64,000 nucleotides of DNA from Alistipes sp. (GCA_045635325.1 JAZRBZ010000016.1:15359-79358); one strand, 5' to 3'. Positions 40,697-51,623 are shown, counted from the stretch's first letter. Notes: generated by a model not told the origin, from the letters alone. A program made the numbers and translations.

Positions 40697-40822
40697 AGCA
40701 TTCAAACATTTATTTTGCTGCCGATATTGTTCTCACAGGCACAATTATTGGCAAATTTACACAATTTTTCTTACATTTGTCCGTCATTATACACGGAATA
40801 ACAAATAAAACCTATAAAAAGT

Positions 40823-41572
40823 ATGTTACTGACTCTTTTACAATCGGACTATGTCGCCAGAAACGATATGATGTATAACCTCACGACATCCCAGGCGATG
40901 GTGATGGTAATCCTTATTGCCATTGTCGGTTTTATCGTTCAGGCGCGTCTGCGCTCGGTCTTTTCGAAATATTCGCGCGAGATGCTTCCGGGCGGTATGA
41001 CGGGTGCCGAGATTGCCGAGCGAATGTTGCGCGAGCACAATATCCATAACGTACGCATTACCCACGTCGGCGGCTCGCTGACCGACCACTTTAACCCTGC
41101 GACGCTCACCGTAAACCTCTCGGACGAGGTCTATTCGGGCCGTTCGATAGCGGCAGCAGCGGTGGCTTGCCACGAGTGCGGCCACGCCATACAGCACGCC
41201 CAGGGGTATGCTCCGTTGCGTCTGCGTTCGGCATTGGTGCCGGTGGTCAGCTTCTCGTCGCGCATTGCAACGTGGCTCGTTATCATCGGTCTGCTGCTTA
41301 CTGCCTCGACCAAGAGCGATACGCTCTGCTGGGTGGGCGTAGGCCTGATGGCCGTATCGGCTCTCTTCTCGATTATAACTCTGCCCGTCGAGTATAACGC
41401 TTCGCAGCGTGCACTCGAGTGGTTGGAGTCGAGCCGTACGCTGAATAGCACGGAGTTGGAGGGCGCACGCATATCGCTGCGCTGGGCTGCCCGCACATAC
41501 CTTGTGGCGGCACTCTCGGCCATAGCGTCGATCCTCTACTACGTTGCCCTTATCAACAATCGTCGCAATTAG
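40823..41572 (+). CDS. Putative neutral zinc metallopeptidase (YugP-like)
   Basis: LTDHFNP, AVACHECGHAIQH, TLPVEYNAS.RA, AARTY. Confidence 0.9.
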   Translation: MLLTLLQSDYVARNDMMYNLTTSQAMVMVILIAIVGFIVQARLRSVFSKYSREMLPGGMTGAEIAERMLREHNIHNVRITHVGGSLTDHFNPATLTVNLSDEVYSGRSIAAAAVACHECGHAIQHAQGYAPLRLRSALVPVVSFSSRIATWLVIIGLLLTASTKSDTLCWVGVGLMAVSALFSIITLPVEYNASQRALEWLESSRTLNSTELEGARISLRWAARTYLVAALSAIASILYYVALINNRRN

Positions 41573-41658
41573 GCGACGGCCGAAAGGCGCACAACGGGAC
41601 AACCTACAAAACCAAACTTATAGAAATCAACAAAAATCAATCCATAACGAGACAAGTG

Positions 41659-43092
41659 ATGAGACCACTGATAAAAATTTCGCTTCGACGCGCGGTCGTT
41701 GCACTCGCCCTGCTGACGCTCGTCCTGCCGGGTGTGGCGCTTGGTGCACCGCGTGGCAAGCAGACGGCCAAATATGTATTCTACTTCATTGGCGACGGCC
41801 TGGGCATAAACCATCTGCGCGGAGCCGAACTCTATAACGCCAAAGTGCATCCGGATATGCCGAACGAGGGGCAACTCTCCTTCACTCGATTCCCGATTCA
41901 CTCGTTCGTCACGAGCCACTCCTCGTCGAGCTTGGTAACCGATTCGGCAGCTGCGGCAACGGCTTTGGCCTCGGGCGTAAAGACCAAGAACGGCTATCTG
42001 GGTATGGACACCGAACTGCGCCCGCACAAAAATATTGCGGAGCTTGCAAAGGAGCGTGGCTGGAAGATAGGCATCTGCTCGAATGTGGGTATCAACCACG
42101 CCACACCGAGCGCATTCTATGCCCACCACCACAAGCGTAGCGACTATAACGAGATCATCAACCAATACATAGCCGGCGATGTCGATTTCGCTGCCGGTGC
42201 AACAATCCTTTCGCGTAGCAAGAGCGGACTGAAGGCGCACGATATCGTCGAGCAGGCTCGCGCCGCAGGTATCGAGGTTGTGCAGAGTGCCGACCTTGCC
42301 GCCGAGGTGCGTGGCAAGCGTGTGCTGCTGCTCTCCGACTCGCTCGACCGTAAGTCGATGCGATTTGCCACCGACCGCTCGCCGTCGTGCCCGACGATTG
42401 TCGACTACACGAGTGCCGCTATCCGCTATCTGGAGCGCGAGGCGAAGTCGGACGGCTTTATGCTGATGGTCGAGGGTGGTCATATCGACTACGCCTGCCA
42501 CGATAACGACGCCGTTACCACGTTCGAGGAGATTAACGACTTCTCGCGTTCGGTAGCCCTTGCGTTGGAGTTTGCCGAGCGTCATCCCAACGAGACGCTT
42601 ATCGTCGTGACGGCCGACCACGAGACGGGCGGTCTGGCTATCGGCTACTCGAAGTACAAGATGAATATGGAGCGTCTGGCCTTCCAGCGCACCTCGCAGG
42701 AGCAGCTCACCTCGAAGATGCAGTATATGCGCGAATCGGGCCGCACGTCGTGGGAGGATATGCAGCAGCTTCTGCGCGAGTATCTCGGTCTGTGGGAGCA
42801 CGTTACGCTGCGCAAGAAGGACGAGGCGACGCTGCGTCGCACCTTCCGCGACAACTTCTTGCAGGAGGGCGAGAAGGTCGTGGGCCTCTATACGAGCAAC
42901 GAGAAGATGGCCGTCGAGGCGGTGCGTATTCTCAACAAGCGCGCCTATGTGAATTGGGTTGGTATGTCGCATACGGGAGCGCAGGTGCCGCTCTTTGTTA
43001 AGGGTGTCGGTTATGAGCGATTCCTGGAGTGTTTCGACAATACCGACGTTCCGAAAAAGATAGCCGAGGCGATGGGTTGCTCGCTCAAATAA
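41659..43092 (+). CDS. Alkaline phosphatase
   Basis: FIGDG, VTDSAAAATA (catalytic Ser), HATPSAFYAH, VEGG.ID...H.ND, TADHETGG. Confidence 0.95.
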   Translation: MRPLIKISLRRAVVALALLTLVLPGVALGAPRGKQTAKYVFYFIGDGLGINHLRGAELYNAKVHPDMPNEGQLSFTRFPIHSFVTSHSSSSLVTDSAAAATALASGVKTKNGYLGMDTELRPHKNIAELAKERGWKIGICSNVGINHATPSAFYAHHHKRSDYNEIINQYIAGDVDFAAGATILSRSKSGLKAHDIVEQARAAGIEVVQSADLAAEVRGKRVLLLSDSLDRKSMRFATDRSPSCPTIVDYTSAAIRYLEREAKSDGFMLMVEGGHIDYACHDNDAVTTFEEINDFSRSVALALEFAERHPNETLIVVTADHETGGLAIGYSKYKMNMERLAFQRTSQEQLTSKMQYMRESGRTSWEDMQQLLREYLGLWEHVTLRKKDEATLRRTFRDNFLQEGEKVVGLYTSNEKMAVEAVRILNKRAYVNWVGMSHTGAQVPLFVKGVGYERFLECFDNTDVPKKIAEAMGCSLK

Positions 43093-43114
43093 TCACTGTA
43101 GAAAAAGATTTGAA

Positions 43115-43717
43115 ATGATGGATACAGCAAGTGCTTTGACGCTCAACGAACAGCTCTTCGTGTGGCTGAATTTCGACGGTGGCGCGGCGATGGATGTCGT
43201 GATGGAGACCATCTCCGGCGCGACGATGTGGATTCCGCTCTATCTCTTTATCATCTACGCAGTTTGGCGTCGCTACGGCTGGCGCGGTGCGCTCACATTC
43301 TTCATCTGTTTGCTGCTGGCAATGGGTGTGGCGGATATGCTCTGCGGCATATTCAAACACACGGGCCTGCTCAAGGATTTGTGGGCCGATTTTCCGGCTC
43401 GCCATCGCCCGATGTTCCACCGTGCGGTGCGCGATCTGGCTCATGTTCCGTCGTATGCCCACGGCCCGTATGGTACGGTCTCGTCCCACGCTGCTACGGT
43501 GGCCGCTATGGCGTTGATGTCGGCCTTGGCAATCGGTCGCAAGTGGTACGGCTGGTTTATCGCTGCGGTAACGCTGCTCATCTGCTATTCGCGCATCTAT
43601 CTGGCGTGCCATTTCCCATCGGATTTGGCTCTCGGAGTGGTCGTAGGCGCGATTTCGGGTGGTGGAATCTACTTTCTGTGGAAAAAATTGAATGCAGCTG
43701 TGGAAAAATTACGCTAA
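43115..43717 (+). CDS. PAP2 family phosphatase
   Basis: K...R.RP, SSHA and SRIYLACHFPSD motifs. Confidence 0.9.
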   Translation: MMDTASALTLNEQLFVWLNFDGGAAMDVVMETISGATMWIPLYLFIIYAVWRRYGWRGALTFFICLLLAMGVADMLCGIFKHTGLLKDLWADFPARHRPMFHRAVRDLAHVPSYAHGPYGTVSSHAATVAAMALMSALAIGRKWYGWFIAAVTLLICYSRIYLACHFPSDLALGVVVGAISGGGIYFLWKKLNAAVEKLR

Positions 43718-43771
43718 ATAGCGTATCTTTGCACGCACATTTTTAAGTGAACGATAAAAAACAACGATTAT

Positions 43772-45502
43772 ATGGAACATCTCAGTGAACAGGAACAATT
43801 GCGACGCCAATCTCTTAAAGCGTTGCGCGATCTTGGTATCAACCCCTATCCGGCAGAGCGTTTCGATGTAAGCACATCGGCTCGCTGCTTGGCCGAGAAT
43901 TTCGATGCCGAGCCTGAAAAGTATCAGGCGGTAACCATCGCCGGCCGTATGATGAGCCGCCGTATTATGGGTAGCGCATCGTTCTTCGAGTTGCAGGATC
44001 ATACGGGCCGTATTCAGGTCTATATCCGCCGCGACGACATCTGTCCGGAGGGCGATCCGACGCTCTACAACACCGTATTCAAGAAGTTGCTCGACATTGG
44101 CGACTTCGTGGGCGTTGAGGGTTTCGCATTCCGTACCAACACCGGCGAGTTGTCGGTACACTGCCGTAAGTTCACCGTACTCTCGAAGTCTATCCGTCCA
44201 CTCCCAATCGTTAAGGAGAAGGATGGTCAGCAGTTCGATGCATTGACCGATCCGGAGGTGCGCTACCGTCAGCGTTATGTTGACTTGGTGGTAAATCCGA
44301 AGGTGCGCGATGTCTTTGCAAAGCGTGCAAAGATTATCTCGACTATGCGCGAGTATTTCAACGAGCACGGCTGTCTGGAGGTTGAGACTCCTATTCTGCA
44401 GCCGATTCCGGGTGGTGCTTCGGCTCGTCCGTTCATCACGCACCACAATGCGCTGGATATCGACTTCTATATGCGAATCGCAACGGAGCTCTACCTCAAG
44501 CGCCTTATCGTGGGCGGCTTTGACGGCGTTTACGAGTTCGGTAAGAACTTCCGTAACGAGGGTATGGATCGTACGCACAATCCGGAGTTTACCTGTATGG
44601 AGATCTACATCGCATACAAGGACTACCGCTGGATGATGGAGTTCACGGAGAATATGTTGGAGCGTATCGCGCTGGCTGTAAATGGTACGACGGAGGTCGA
44701 GATCGACGGCAAGCAGATTTCGTTCAAGGCGCCGTTCCGTCGTCTGACGATGACCGACGCTATCCGCGAGAAGACGGGTTACGACATCACGGGCCAGGAC
44801 GAGCAGCAGTTGCGCGAGGCGTGCGCCCGCCTGAATGTTGAGGTTGACGATACGATGGGTAAGGGTAAGCTGATTGACGCTATCTTCGGCCAATACTGCG
44901 AGCCGGATTTGGTGCAGCCAACCTTCATCTGCGACTATCCGATCGAGATGTCGCCACTCTGCAAGCGTCATCGCGACAACGAGGATTTGACCGAGCGTTT
45001 CGAGTTGTTCGTTGCCGGCAAGGAGTTGTGCAACGCATACTCGGAGCTCAACGACCCGATCGACCAGCTGGAGCGTTTCCAGGAGCAGATGCGCCTTTCG
45101 GAGCGTGGCGACGACGAGGCGATGTTCATCGATATGGACTTCGTTCGTGCGTTGGAGTACGGTATGCCTAATTGCTCGGGTATGGGTATGGGTATCGACC
45201 GTCTGACGATGTTTATGACGGGCCAGTCGTCGATTCAGGACGTGCTCTTCTTCCCGACGATGCGTCCGGAGAAGAAGGTTGTTGCCGATGCCGAGGAGGC
45301 CTACACCGCAGCGGGTGTTCCGGCCGAGTGGGTGGCAGTCATCCAGAAGATGGGCTATATCACCCTCGAGGCGTTTGCCAATACGGCAGCGTCGGGCGGT
45401 ATGAAGCTCTTCAACGATATGTGCGGCTTCAATAAGAAGAACAAGCTCGGTCTGCCAACTGCCGAAATCAAGGCGTGGATCGAGTCGCACAAAGCGGAGT
45501 AA
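43772..45502 (+). CDS. lysS: Lysine--tRNA ligase (class II)
   Basis: [42 protein letters not shown]. Confidence 0.97.
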   Translation: MEHLSEQEQLRRQSLKALRDLGINPYPAERFDVSTSARCLAENFDAEPEKYQAVTIAGRMMSRRIMGSASFFELQDHTGRIQVYIRRDDICPEGDPTLYNTVFKKLLDIGDFVGVEGFAFRTNTGELSVHCRKFTVLSKSIRPLPIVKEKDGQQFDALTDPEVRYRQRYVDLVVNPKVRDVFAKRAKIISTMREYFNEHGCLEVETPILQPIPGGASARPFITHHNALDIDFYMRIATELYLKRLIVGGFDGVYEFGKNFRNEGMDRTHNPEFTCMEIYIAYKDYRWMMEFTENMLERIALAVNGTTEVEIDGKQISFKAPFRRLTMTDAIREKTGYDITGQDEQQLREACARLNVEVDDTMGKGKLIDAIFGQYCEPDLVQPTFICDYPIEMSPLCKRHRDNEDLTERFELFVAGKELCNAYSELNDPIDQLERFQEQMRLSERGDDEAMFIDMDFVRALEYGMPNCSGMGMGIDRLTMFMTGQSSIQDVLFFPTMRPEKKVVADAEEAYTAAGVPAEWVAVIQKMGYITLEAFANTAASGGMKLFNDMCGFNKKNKLGLPTAEIKAWIESHKAE

Positions 45503-45551
45503 ACAACAGATAAAGAATATTTTAACCAAACAAATAAAAAAGGAAAACATT

Positions 45552-46307
45552 ATGGCAAGAAAGAAAATCGTTGCAGGTAACTGGAAGATGAACACCCTTC
45601 CTGCAGAGGGCGTTGAGTTGGCAAAGAACGTAGTAGCAGGTCGTTCGGAGGTTTGCGAGTGCGTAAACTTCATCGTTTGCCCTCCATTTACCCATATCGC
45701 ACAGGTTGTAGAGGCGGTTAAGGGCTCGGATATCGCTGTTGGTGCGCAGGATTGCGCTTCCGAGGCAAAGGGTGCTTACACCGGTGAGGTTGCTGCACAG
45801 ATGATCGCAGCTCTCGGTTGCAAGTACGTTATCCTCGGCCACTCGGAGCGTCGTCAGTACTATGGCGAGACTTCGGAGACCTTGAACAAGAAGATGGCAC
45901 AGGCATACGCTAACGGTTTGACCCCTATCTACTGCGTAGGTGAGAGCCTCGAGGAGCGTAAGGCCGGCAACCACTTCGCAGTTTGCAAGGCACAGATCGA
46001 GGAGGTAGTTTACAACCTCACTCCTGAGCAGTTCGCTGACCTCGTAATCGCTTACGAGCCGGTATGGGCTATCGGTACCGGTGAGACTGCTACCGCAGAG
46101 CAGGCACAGGAGATTCACGCTTACATCCGCGAGGTGTTGGCTGCAAAGTTTGGCGCTGCTGCTGCCGAGTGCCCAATCCTCTATGGTGGTTCGTGCAAGC
46201 CATCGAACGCTGCCGAGATCTTCGCAAAGGAGGATGTTGACGGTGGTCTGATCGGTGGTGCTGCGTTGAAGGCAGAGGATTTCCTTGCAATTGGCAAAGG
46301 CTTCTAA
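45552..46307 (+). CDS. tpiA: Triosephosphate isomerase
   Basis: AGNWKMN, GHSERR, AYEPVWAIGTG, LYGGS, GGLIGGA. Confidence 0.98.
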   Translation: MARKKIVAGNWKMNTLPAEGVELAKNVVAGRSEVCECVNFIVCPPFTHIAQVVEAVKGSDIAVGAQDCASEAKGAYTGEVAAQMIAALGCKYVILGHSERRQYYGETSETLNKKMAQAYANGLTPIYCVGESLEERKAGNHFAVCKAQIEEVVYNLTPEQFADLVIAYEPVWAIGTGETATAEQAQEIHAYIREVLAAKFGAAAAECPILYGGSCKPSNAAEIFAKEDVDGGLIGGAALKAEDFLAIGKGF

Positions 46308-46429
46308 ATTGATTTTATGCGGCGTTTACGACCGCTAACGTAATATGCTGACAATGGGCAGTACGCGGAGTACAGCCCATCGTCAGCAATTCCGCCGAGC
46401 GTTGTAAACACCTGCCTAAAATGCAATTT
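46306..46429. other. ~120-nt imperfect long hairpin after tpiA
   Basis: Nested arms AAATTG/CAATTT, ATTTTA/TAAAAT, GGCGTTTACGA/TTGTAAACACC, TGCTGACAATGGGC/GCCCATCGTCAGCA, GTAC/GTAC. Confidence 0.7.
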
Positions 46430-46445
46430 AAGGGAGAGGAGTTAA

Positions 46446-46520
46446 TAAAGTCAATTAACGTCAAATAAGGTCGAGTAACGTCTTTTGTGATAATATCTTC
46501 GACCTTACTTGACCTTAAAG
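46446..46520. repeat. TAAGGTC decamer repeat, copy 4 (four forward and two inverted units)
   Basis: TAAAGTCAAT TAACGTCAAA TAAGGTCGAG TAACGTCTTT ... GACCTTACTT GACCTTAAAG. Confidence 0.8.
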
Positions 46521-46768
46521 ATAAAAGGAGTTAAGACGAGGTTGCAACTTCCCACGCGGAGCGAAGCGACAAAGTCCCCTTTTTCCAAAAGGGGATTTAG
46601 GGGAAATGTAAATATGAAAAAATAGGATTTCTGCAGAGCAAAACATCCTTAAAGCAATCTTTGATTGCACGACCAGACCTTAAAGACCTTATCGCTCTTA
46701 CCCTTAAAATCGAATTATCTACTTTTGGGCTGTTCCTACGGGACAGCCCAAATCTTCACATCATAGCA

Positions 46769-47980
46769 ATGCAACGTCATATAAACATCAACGACTTTGA
46801 CTATCCGCTGCCGGATGAGCGGATTGCGAAATTTCCGCTACCGCAGCGCGACTCGTCGAAGCTGCTCGTCTATCGCAACGGCACAATCGCCGAGCGACAC
46901 TTCGCCGACATTGGCGACGAGCTGCCCTCCGACACACTCTTCGTATTCAACAACACGAAGGTCGTGCGCGCGCGCCTGATTATGCATAAGGAGTCGGGTG
47001 CAAGGGTAGAGGTCTTTTGCCTTGAGCCGCACGCACCGGCCGACTACGAGCGTGCATTTGCCGTGCGTGGCGAGTGCAAGTGGTCGTGCATCGTGGGCAA
47101 CCTCAAGAAGTGGAAGGAGGGCGCCGTGCAGATTCCGTTCGACTACGAGGGCAAGCCGTATACGTTGCGTGCCTATATTGCCGAGCGTGGTGTTCGCGAG
47201 CACATCGTTCGTTTCGAGTGGTCGGCACCGCTTTCGTTCGGTCAGCTGCTCGAGCACTTGGGGCGTATTCCGATTCCGCCATATCTCAACCGCGAGAGCG
47301 AGGAGATTGACAATACGCGCTACCAGACTGTCTATTCGCGTTTCGAGGGGTCGGTCGCTGCACCGACTGCCGGTCTGCACTTTACGGCCGAACTCATCGA
47401 GTCGCTTCGCGAGCGTGGCTACTCGTTTGGCGAGGTAACCCTGCACGTTGGTGCAGGTACGTTCCTGCCGGTGAAGGACGAGAATGCCGCCGAGCACGCG
47501 ATGCACACCGAACACTTCGAGATTACGGCCGAGACGCTACGTCTGCTGCGCGAGAAGGCAGGCCGAGTAACGGCCGTCGGTACGACATCGGTGCGTACGT
47601 TGGAGTCGCTTGCAGCCCTGGCGTGGCGCATCAAGTGTGGTGGCGAGCCGGAGGCGGAGCGCGTGATTGGTCAGTGGGAGTTGTACGACCTGCCGTCGGA
47701 GTTTACGGGCGTTGAGGCAATCGACGTGCTGCTTGAGTATATGGAGCGCAATGCACTCACGAAACTCAAGGCCGCAACGCAGATTATGATTACGCCGCTG
47801 GGCTACCGCTTCCGCATTGTGAATCGCATCGTAACCAACTTCCATCAGCCGAAGTCGACGCTGCTGTTGCTCGTCTCGGCGTACGTTGGCGAGGATTGGC
47901 ATCGGATTTACGACTATGCCCTCGCGCACGACTTCCGATTCCTGTCGTATGGCGACTCGTCGCTGCTGATTGTCGAGTAG
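46769..47980 (+). CDS. queA: S-adenosylmethionine:tRNA ribosyltransferase-isomerase
   Basis: FDYPLP.ERIA, PIPPYL.R, YQTVY, GSVAAPTAGLHF, TNFHQPKSTL, RFLSYGD. Confidence 0.96.
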   Translation: MQRHININDFDYPLPDERIAKFPLPQRDSSKLLVYRNGTIAERHFADIGDELPSDTLFVFNNTKVVRARLIMHKESGARVEVFCLEPHAPADYERAFAVRGECKWSCIVGNLKKWKEGAVQIPFDYEGKPYTLRAYIAERGVREHIVRFEWSAPLSFGQLLEHLGRIPIPPYLNRESEEIDNTRYQTVYSRFEGSVAAPTAGLHFTAELIESLRERGYSFGEVTLHVGAGTFLPVKDENAAEHAMHTEHFEITAETLRLLREKAGRVTAVGTTSVRTLESLAALAWRIKCGGEPEAERVIGQWELYDLPSEFTGVEAIDVLLEYMERNALTKLKAATQIMITPLGYRFRIVNRIVTNFHQPKSTLLLLVSAYVGEDWHRIYDYALAHDFRFLSYGDSSLLIVE

Positions 47981-48000
47981 CGCGCATAGGCCTAAAAGAT

Positions 48001-48041
48001 AGAGTGCGAAACCTTCGATGAGGGTTTCGCACTCTGTTTTT
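48001..48041. terminator. Terminator between convergent queA and ABC permease
   Basis: AGAGTGCGAAACC...GGTTTCGCACTCT followed by a T-run. Confidence 0.85.
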
Positions 48042-48064
48042 GCGGAACGGAAATGAGTGGAGGG

Positions 48065-49387
48065 TTAGTATTTCATCCAACGCCACAAATCCTTGAATGT
48101 CGGCTTTTTGCCGTGCATAAAGATTCCGACGCGATAGATCTTTCCGGCCAGCCATACCATCACGACGAACGTCGCGTAGAGCACCACGAGCGAGACCGCA
48201 ATCTCCCACATCGGGATGCCGCTCGGAATGCGCGCCATCATCACGATAGGCGATGTGAAAGGTATCATCGAGAGCCATACGACCAGCGGCGAGTTCGGGT
48301 CGTTCATAACCATCGTCGTAGTGATAAATGCCAAAATAATCGGGATGGTAATCGGCGTGGTGAGTTGCTGTGCATCCTGTGCCGTATCGACACTCGCACC
48401 CACTGCGGCATACATCGCTGCGTAGAGCAGGAAGCCGCCAATCATAAAGAGCAACAGCAGACCGACCATCTGCGCAATGTAGCCCGTGTCGGTGAGCGAT
48501 GCCATTGCTGTTACCATATCGGTGTCGATGCCGCTTGTTGCAAGCGTCGTAACATCGGCACCCGCACGTACCGCCTCGACGCTGCTCATAATCTCGTGCG
48601 GCATCAGCATGGGGAGCGCTATGGCGCTGATTGCGACAATCAGCACACCCCAAATCGCTATCTGTGTGGCTGCTACGAGGGCGACGCCCAGAATCTTACC
48701 CATCATCATCTCGAACGGACGAACGGTCGAGACGAGCACTTCGAGAATGCGCGAGTTCTTCTCCTCGATGATGCTCGACATCACAATCGAGCCGTAGATG
48801 ACCAGGAAGAAGTACAACACGAAACCGAGCACCACGCCGACAAAGCCGGCAACGGCCGACGACGAGGCCTCGCTCTCCTGCTCGTCGCTGTTGCGGAATG
48901 TCGTGAGCGAGACTTTGGCGCGCACCTTGTCGAGAATCTCGTCGAGGTTTTCGATGTCGTACGCCTTGAGTCGCTCGGCCTCGATGATATCCTTAATCTG
49001 CGAGGCGATGCTCTCCTCGATCATCATCGACGACGAGGAGTTGGTGTAGAGTTGTACGTTGCTCGGCGAGTCGACGATGTCGGCACCGATGTAGAGCACA
49101 CCGAAGCTCTCCTCTTCGAGCGAGCGTTTGAGTTCGGTTTGCAGGTCGCCACTCTCCGACGTGGAGAAGATAACCTCCTCGTTCGATGAGAGTTGGCCGG
49201 CTATCAGACCGCTGTTGTCGATAACCGAGATGTGCTTCGTCTCGCCCTTGGCGTAGAACATAATCAGGGTAGGCGCTGCGCTGAGCACCACCATCAGCAA
49301 CGGCATTGCGAGTGTCGCAATGATAAACGATTTTTTGTAGACACGCTCCTTGAATTCGCGTGCTATGATGAGTCCTATGTTTTTCAT
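48065..49387 (-). CDS. ABC-2 type transporter permease (NatB-like)
   Basis: IIEEKNSRILEVLVS, GKILG, IPFTSPIVMMAR, KIYRVGI. Confidence 0.9.
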   Translation of the reverse strand: MKNIGLIIAREFKERVYKKSFIIATLAMPLLMVVLSAAPTLIMFYAKGETKHISVIDNSGLIAGQLSSNEEVIFSTSESGDLQTELKRSLEEESFGVLYIGADIVDSPSNVQLYTNSSSSMMIEESIASQIKDIIEAERLKAYDIENLDEILDKVRAKVSLTTFRNSDEQESEASSSAVAGFVGVVLGFVLYFFLVIYGSIVMSSIIEEKNSRILEVLVSTVRPFEMMMGKILGVALVAATQIAIWGVLIVAISAIALPMLMPHEIMSSVEAVRAGADVTTLATSGIDTDMVTAMASLTDTGYIAQMVGLLLLFMIGGFLLYAAMYAAVGASVDTAQDAQQLTTPITIPIILAFITTTMVMNDPNSPLVVWLSMIPFTSPIVMMARIPSGIPMWEIAVSLVVLYATFVVMVWLAGKIYRVGIFMHGKKPTFKDLWRWMKY

Positions 49388-49445
49388 CTTGTTGTACGGT
49401 TTTTGTGTTCCTTTAAACCACTCTGTGCGCTCTCCGAAGGGCGTG

Positions 49446-50369
49446 CTATTGCAGCGTACCGTTTACGGCGCGGATGAATATGTCGTTCATACTCGGAATA
49501 ATCTCCGTGAAGCTGCGCAACTCGACCTGCTCGTTGATGGCGGCGATGACGTCGCGTATATCCTCGCTGCGCTCGATGTGAATCTTCGCCGTCGAGAGCC
49601 CTGTGATGGCAGACTCCGTCTCCAGCAGCTCGCATTTGTGCTCGATGGCCTGGCGCAGGGCCTGCTCCTCGCCGTGATACTGCACGGTGAAGATGTTGCT
49701 GCCGTGGCTGTGGCGAATCTCGTCGACGCGGCCGGAGAGGATGTTGCGCGAGCGGTTGATGAGCGTGATGTGGTCGCAAATCTCCTCGACGCTCGACATG
49801 TTGTGAGTTGAGAATATGACCGTCGAGCCCTCGTCGCGCAGACGCAGAATCTCCTCCTTGAGCAGATTGGCGTTTATCGGATCGAAGCCCGAAAACGGCT
49901 CGTCGAAGATGAGCAACTTCGGACGATGGAGTACGGTTACGATGAACTGAATCTTCTGTGCCATACCCTTCGACAGATCCTCGACGCGCTTGTTCCACCA
50001 CTCTTCGATGCCGAAGCGCACGAACCACTCCTTGAGTCGGACGAGTGCCTCGTGGCGCGAGAGACCTTTGAGTCGGGCGAGGAAGATGGCGTGGTCGCCG
50101 ACCTTCATCTTCTTGTAGAGGCCTCGCTCCTCGGGCAGATAGCCAATCTTGTAGATATCCTCCTGACGAATTGGTCGTCCCTCGAAGAGAATGCGCCCCT
50201 CGTCGGGGATGGTTATGCGGTTGATGACGCGTATGAGTGTGGTCTTGCCCGCACCGTTCGGCCCGAGCAGACCGTAGACCGCGCCCTGCGGAATTTCGAT
50301 CGAGACGTTGTCCAGCGCCGTGTGTCCGGTGAATCGCTTGGTTATGTTCTCGGCTGTGATAATATTCAT
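49446..50369 (-). CDS. ABC transporter ATP-binding protein
   Basis: GPNGAGKT, YLPEERGLY, LSKGMAQK, DEPFSG.DP. Confidence 0.94.
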   Translation of the reverse strand: MNIITAENITKRFTGHTALDNVSIEIPQGAVYGLLGPNGAGKTTLIRVINRITIPDEGRILFEGRPIRQEDIYKIGYLPEERGLYKKMKVGDHAIFLARLKGLSRHEALVRLKEWFVRFGIEEWWNKRVEDLSKGMAQKIQFIVTVLHRPKLLIFDEPFSGFDPINANLLKEEILRLRDEGSTVIFSTHNMSSVEEICDHITLINRSRNILSGRVDEIRHSHGSNIFTVQYHGEEQALRQAIEHKCELLETESAITGLSTAKIHIERSEDIRDVIAAINEQVELRSFTEIIPSMNDIFIRAVNGTLQ

Positions 50370-50501
50370 AATCGTAAAAATTAGAGCCAATATGATTACA
50401 AATGTATGAAAAAAATAGATAACTTTGTAGCGTCGGGGCGAAAATACCCCACTCCGTTATAGGGAAGTTTTATAAAATAGCATAAACGTATCAGTATATA
50501 T

Positions 50502-51527
50502 ATGAAAAAGTGTGTATTAGTTTCGGGCGGTGCCGGATATATCGGCTCGCATACGGCCGTCGAACTTATCGCCGCGGGCTACGATGTCGTGATTGCCGAC
50601 AACCTGTCTAATTCGGATCGTTCGGGCGTCGAGGGTGTTCGTCGGATTACGGGCGTGGATGTTCCGTTTGTTGAGGTCGATTGCTGTGATAAAGAGCAGT
50701 TTGCAAAGCTCTTCGAGCAGTACGATTTCGACTCGGCAATCCACTTTGCCGCCTTCAAGGCGGTGGGCGAATCGGTGGCCGATCCGATGAAGTACTATCG
50801 CAACAATCTGCTCTCGCTGATGAATCTCGTCGACCTAATGCGCGAGTATGGTCGTCGTAATATTGTCTTCTCCTCGTCGGCAACCGTCTATGGCGAGGCC
50901 GAGGAGCTACCCGTAACCGAGCAGACTCCGCGCAAGCCGGCAACGAGTGCATACGGCAATACGAAGCAGATTTGCGAGGATATTCTGCGCGACTCGGTGG
51001 CGGCATACGACTCGTTGCAGGCCATTGCGCTGCGCTATTTCAATCCGATTGGTGCCCATCCGTCGGCACTCATCGGCGAGTTGCCGCGAGGCGTTCCGCA
51101 GAATCTCGTTCCATACATCACGCAGACGGCAGCGGGCGTGCGCGAGTGTTTGTCCGTTTTCGGTGACGACTATCCGACGGAGGATGGCTCGTGTCTGCGC
51201 GACTATATCGACATCGTCGATTTGGCGAAGGCGCACGTTGCGGCCATCGACCGTATGACGAGTGGCTCGACCGAGGAGCGATACGAGATTTTCAACGTCG
51301 GTACGGGCCGTGCCGTATCGGTGTTCGAGTTGGTGCGCACCTTCGAGCGCGTGAACAACCTCTCGCTCAACTACAAGGTTGCACCGCGTCGTGCGGGCGA
51401 TGTTGTGGCTGTGTGGGCCGATACGCAGCGCGCCAACGAGGTGCTCGGCTGGCAGGCGACGCGTCCGCTCGACGAGACGTTGCGCTCGGCGTGGGAGTGG
51501 GAGAAGTATGTGCGAAAAATCGAGTAG
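50502..51527 (+). CDS. galE: UDP-glucose 4-epimerase
   Basis: GGAGYIGSHT, HFAAFKAVGES, FSSSATVYG, YGNTK, LRYFNPIGAH. Confidence 0.96.
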   Translation: MKKCVLVSGGAGYIGSHTAVELIAAGYDVVIADNLSNSDRSGVEGVRRITGVDVPFVEVDCCDKEQFAKLFEQYDFDSAIHFAAFKAVGESVADPMKYYRNNLLSLMNLVDLMREYGRRNIVFSSSATVYGEAEELPVTEQTPRKPATSAYGNTKQICEDILRDSVAAYDSLQAIALRYFNPIGAHPSALIGELPRGVPQNLVPYITQTAAGVRECLSVFGDDYPTEDGSCLRDYIDIVDLAKAHVAAIDRMTSGSTEERYEIFNVGTGRAVSVFELVRTFERVNNLSLNYKVAPRRAGDVVAVWADTQRANEVLGWQATRPLDETLRSAWEWEKYVRKIE

Positions 51528-51623
51528 ATTTACGTGCCGTTCACCCCGCGTAGCATAAAAATTGAGGGCAGTTTGTCGAAATCTTCAAAATTATTTCTAT
51601 CTTTGTAAAAAATAGCGAAAAAT

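Noticed and set aside
46306-46429. Hairpin as 6S RNA or integron attC
   Set aside because: Shorter than a typical 6S RNA with no large central bubble; no clear RYYYAAC...GTTRRRY ends and no integron integrase.
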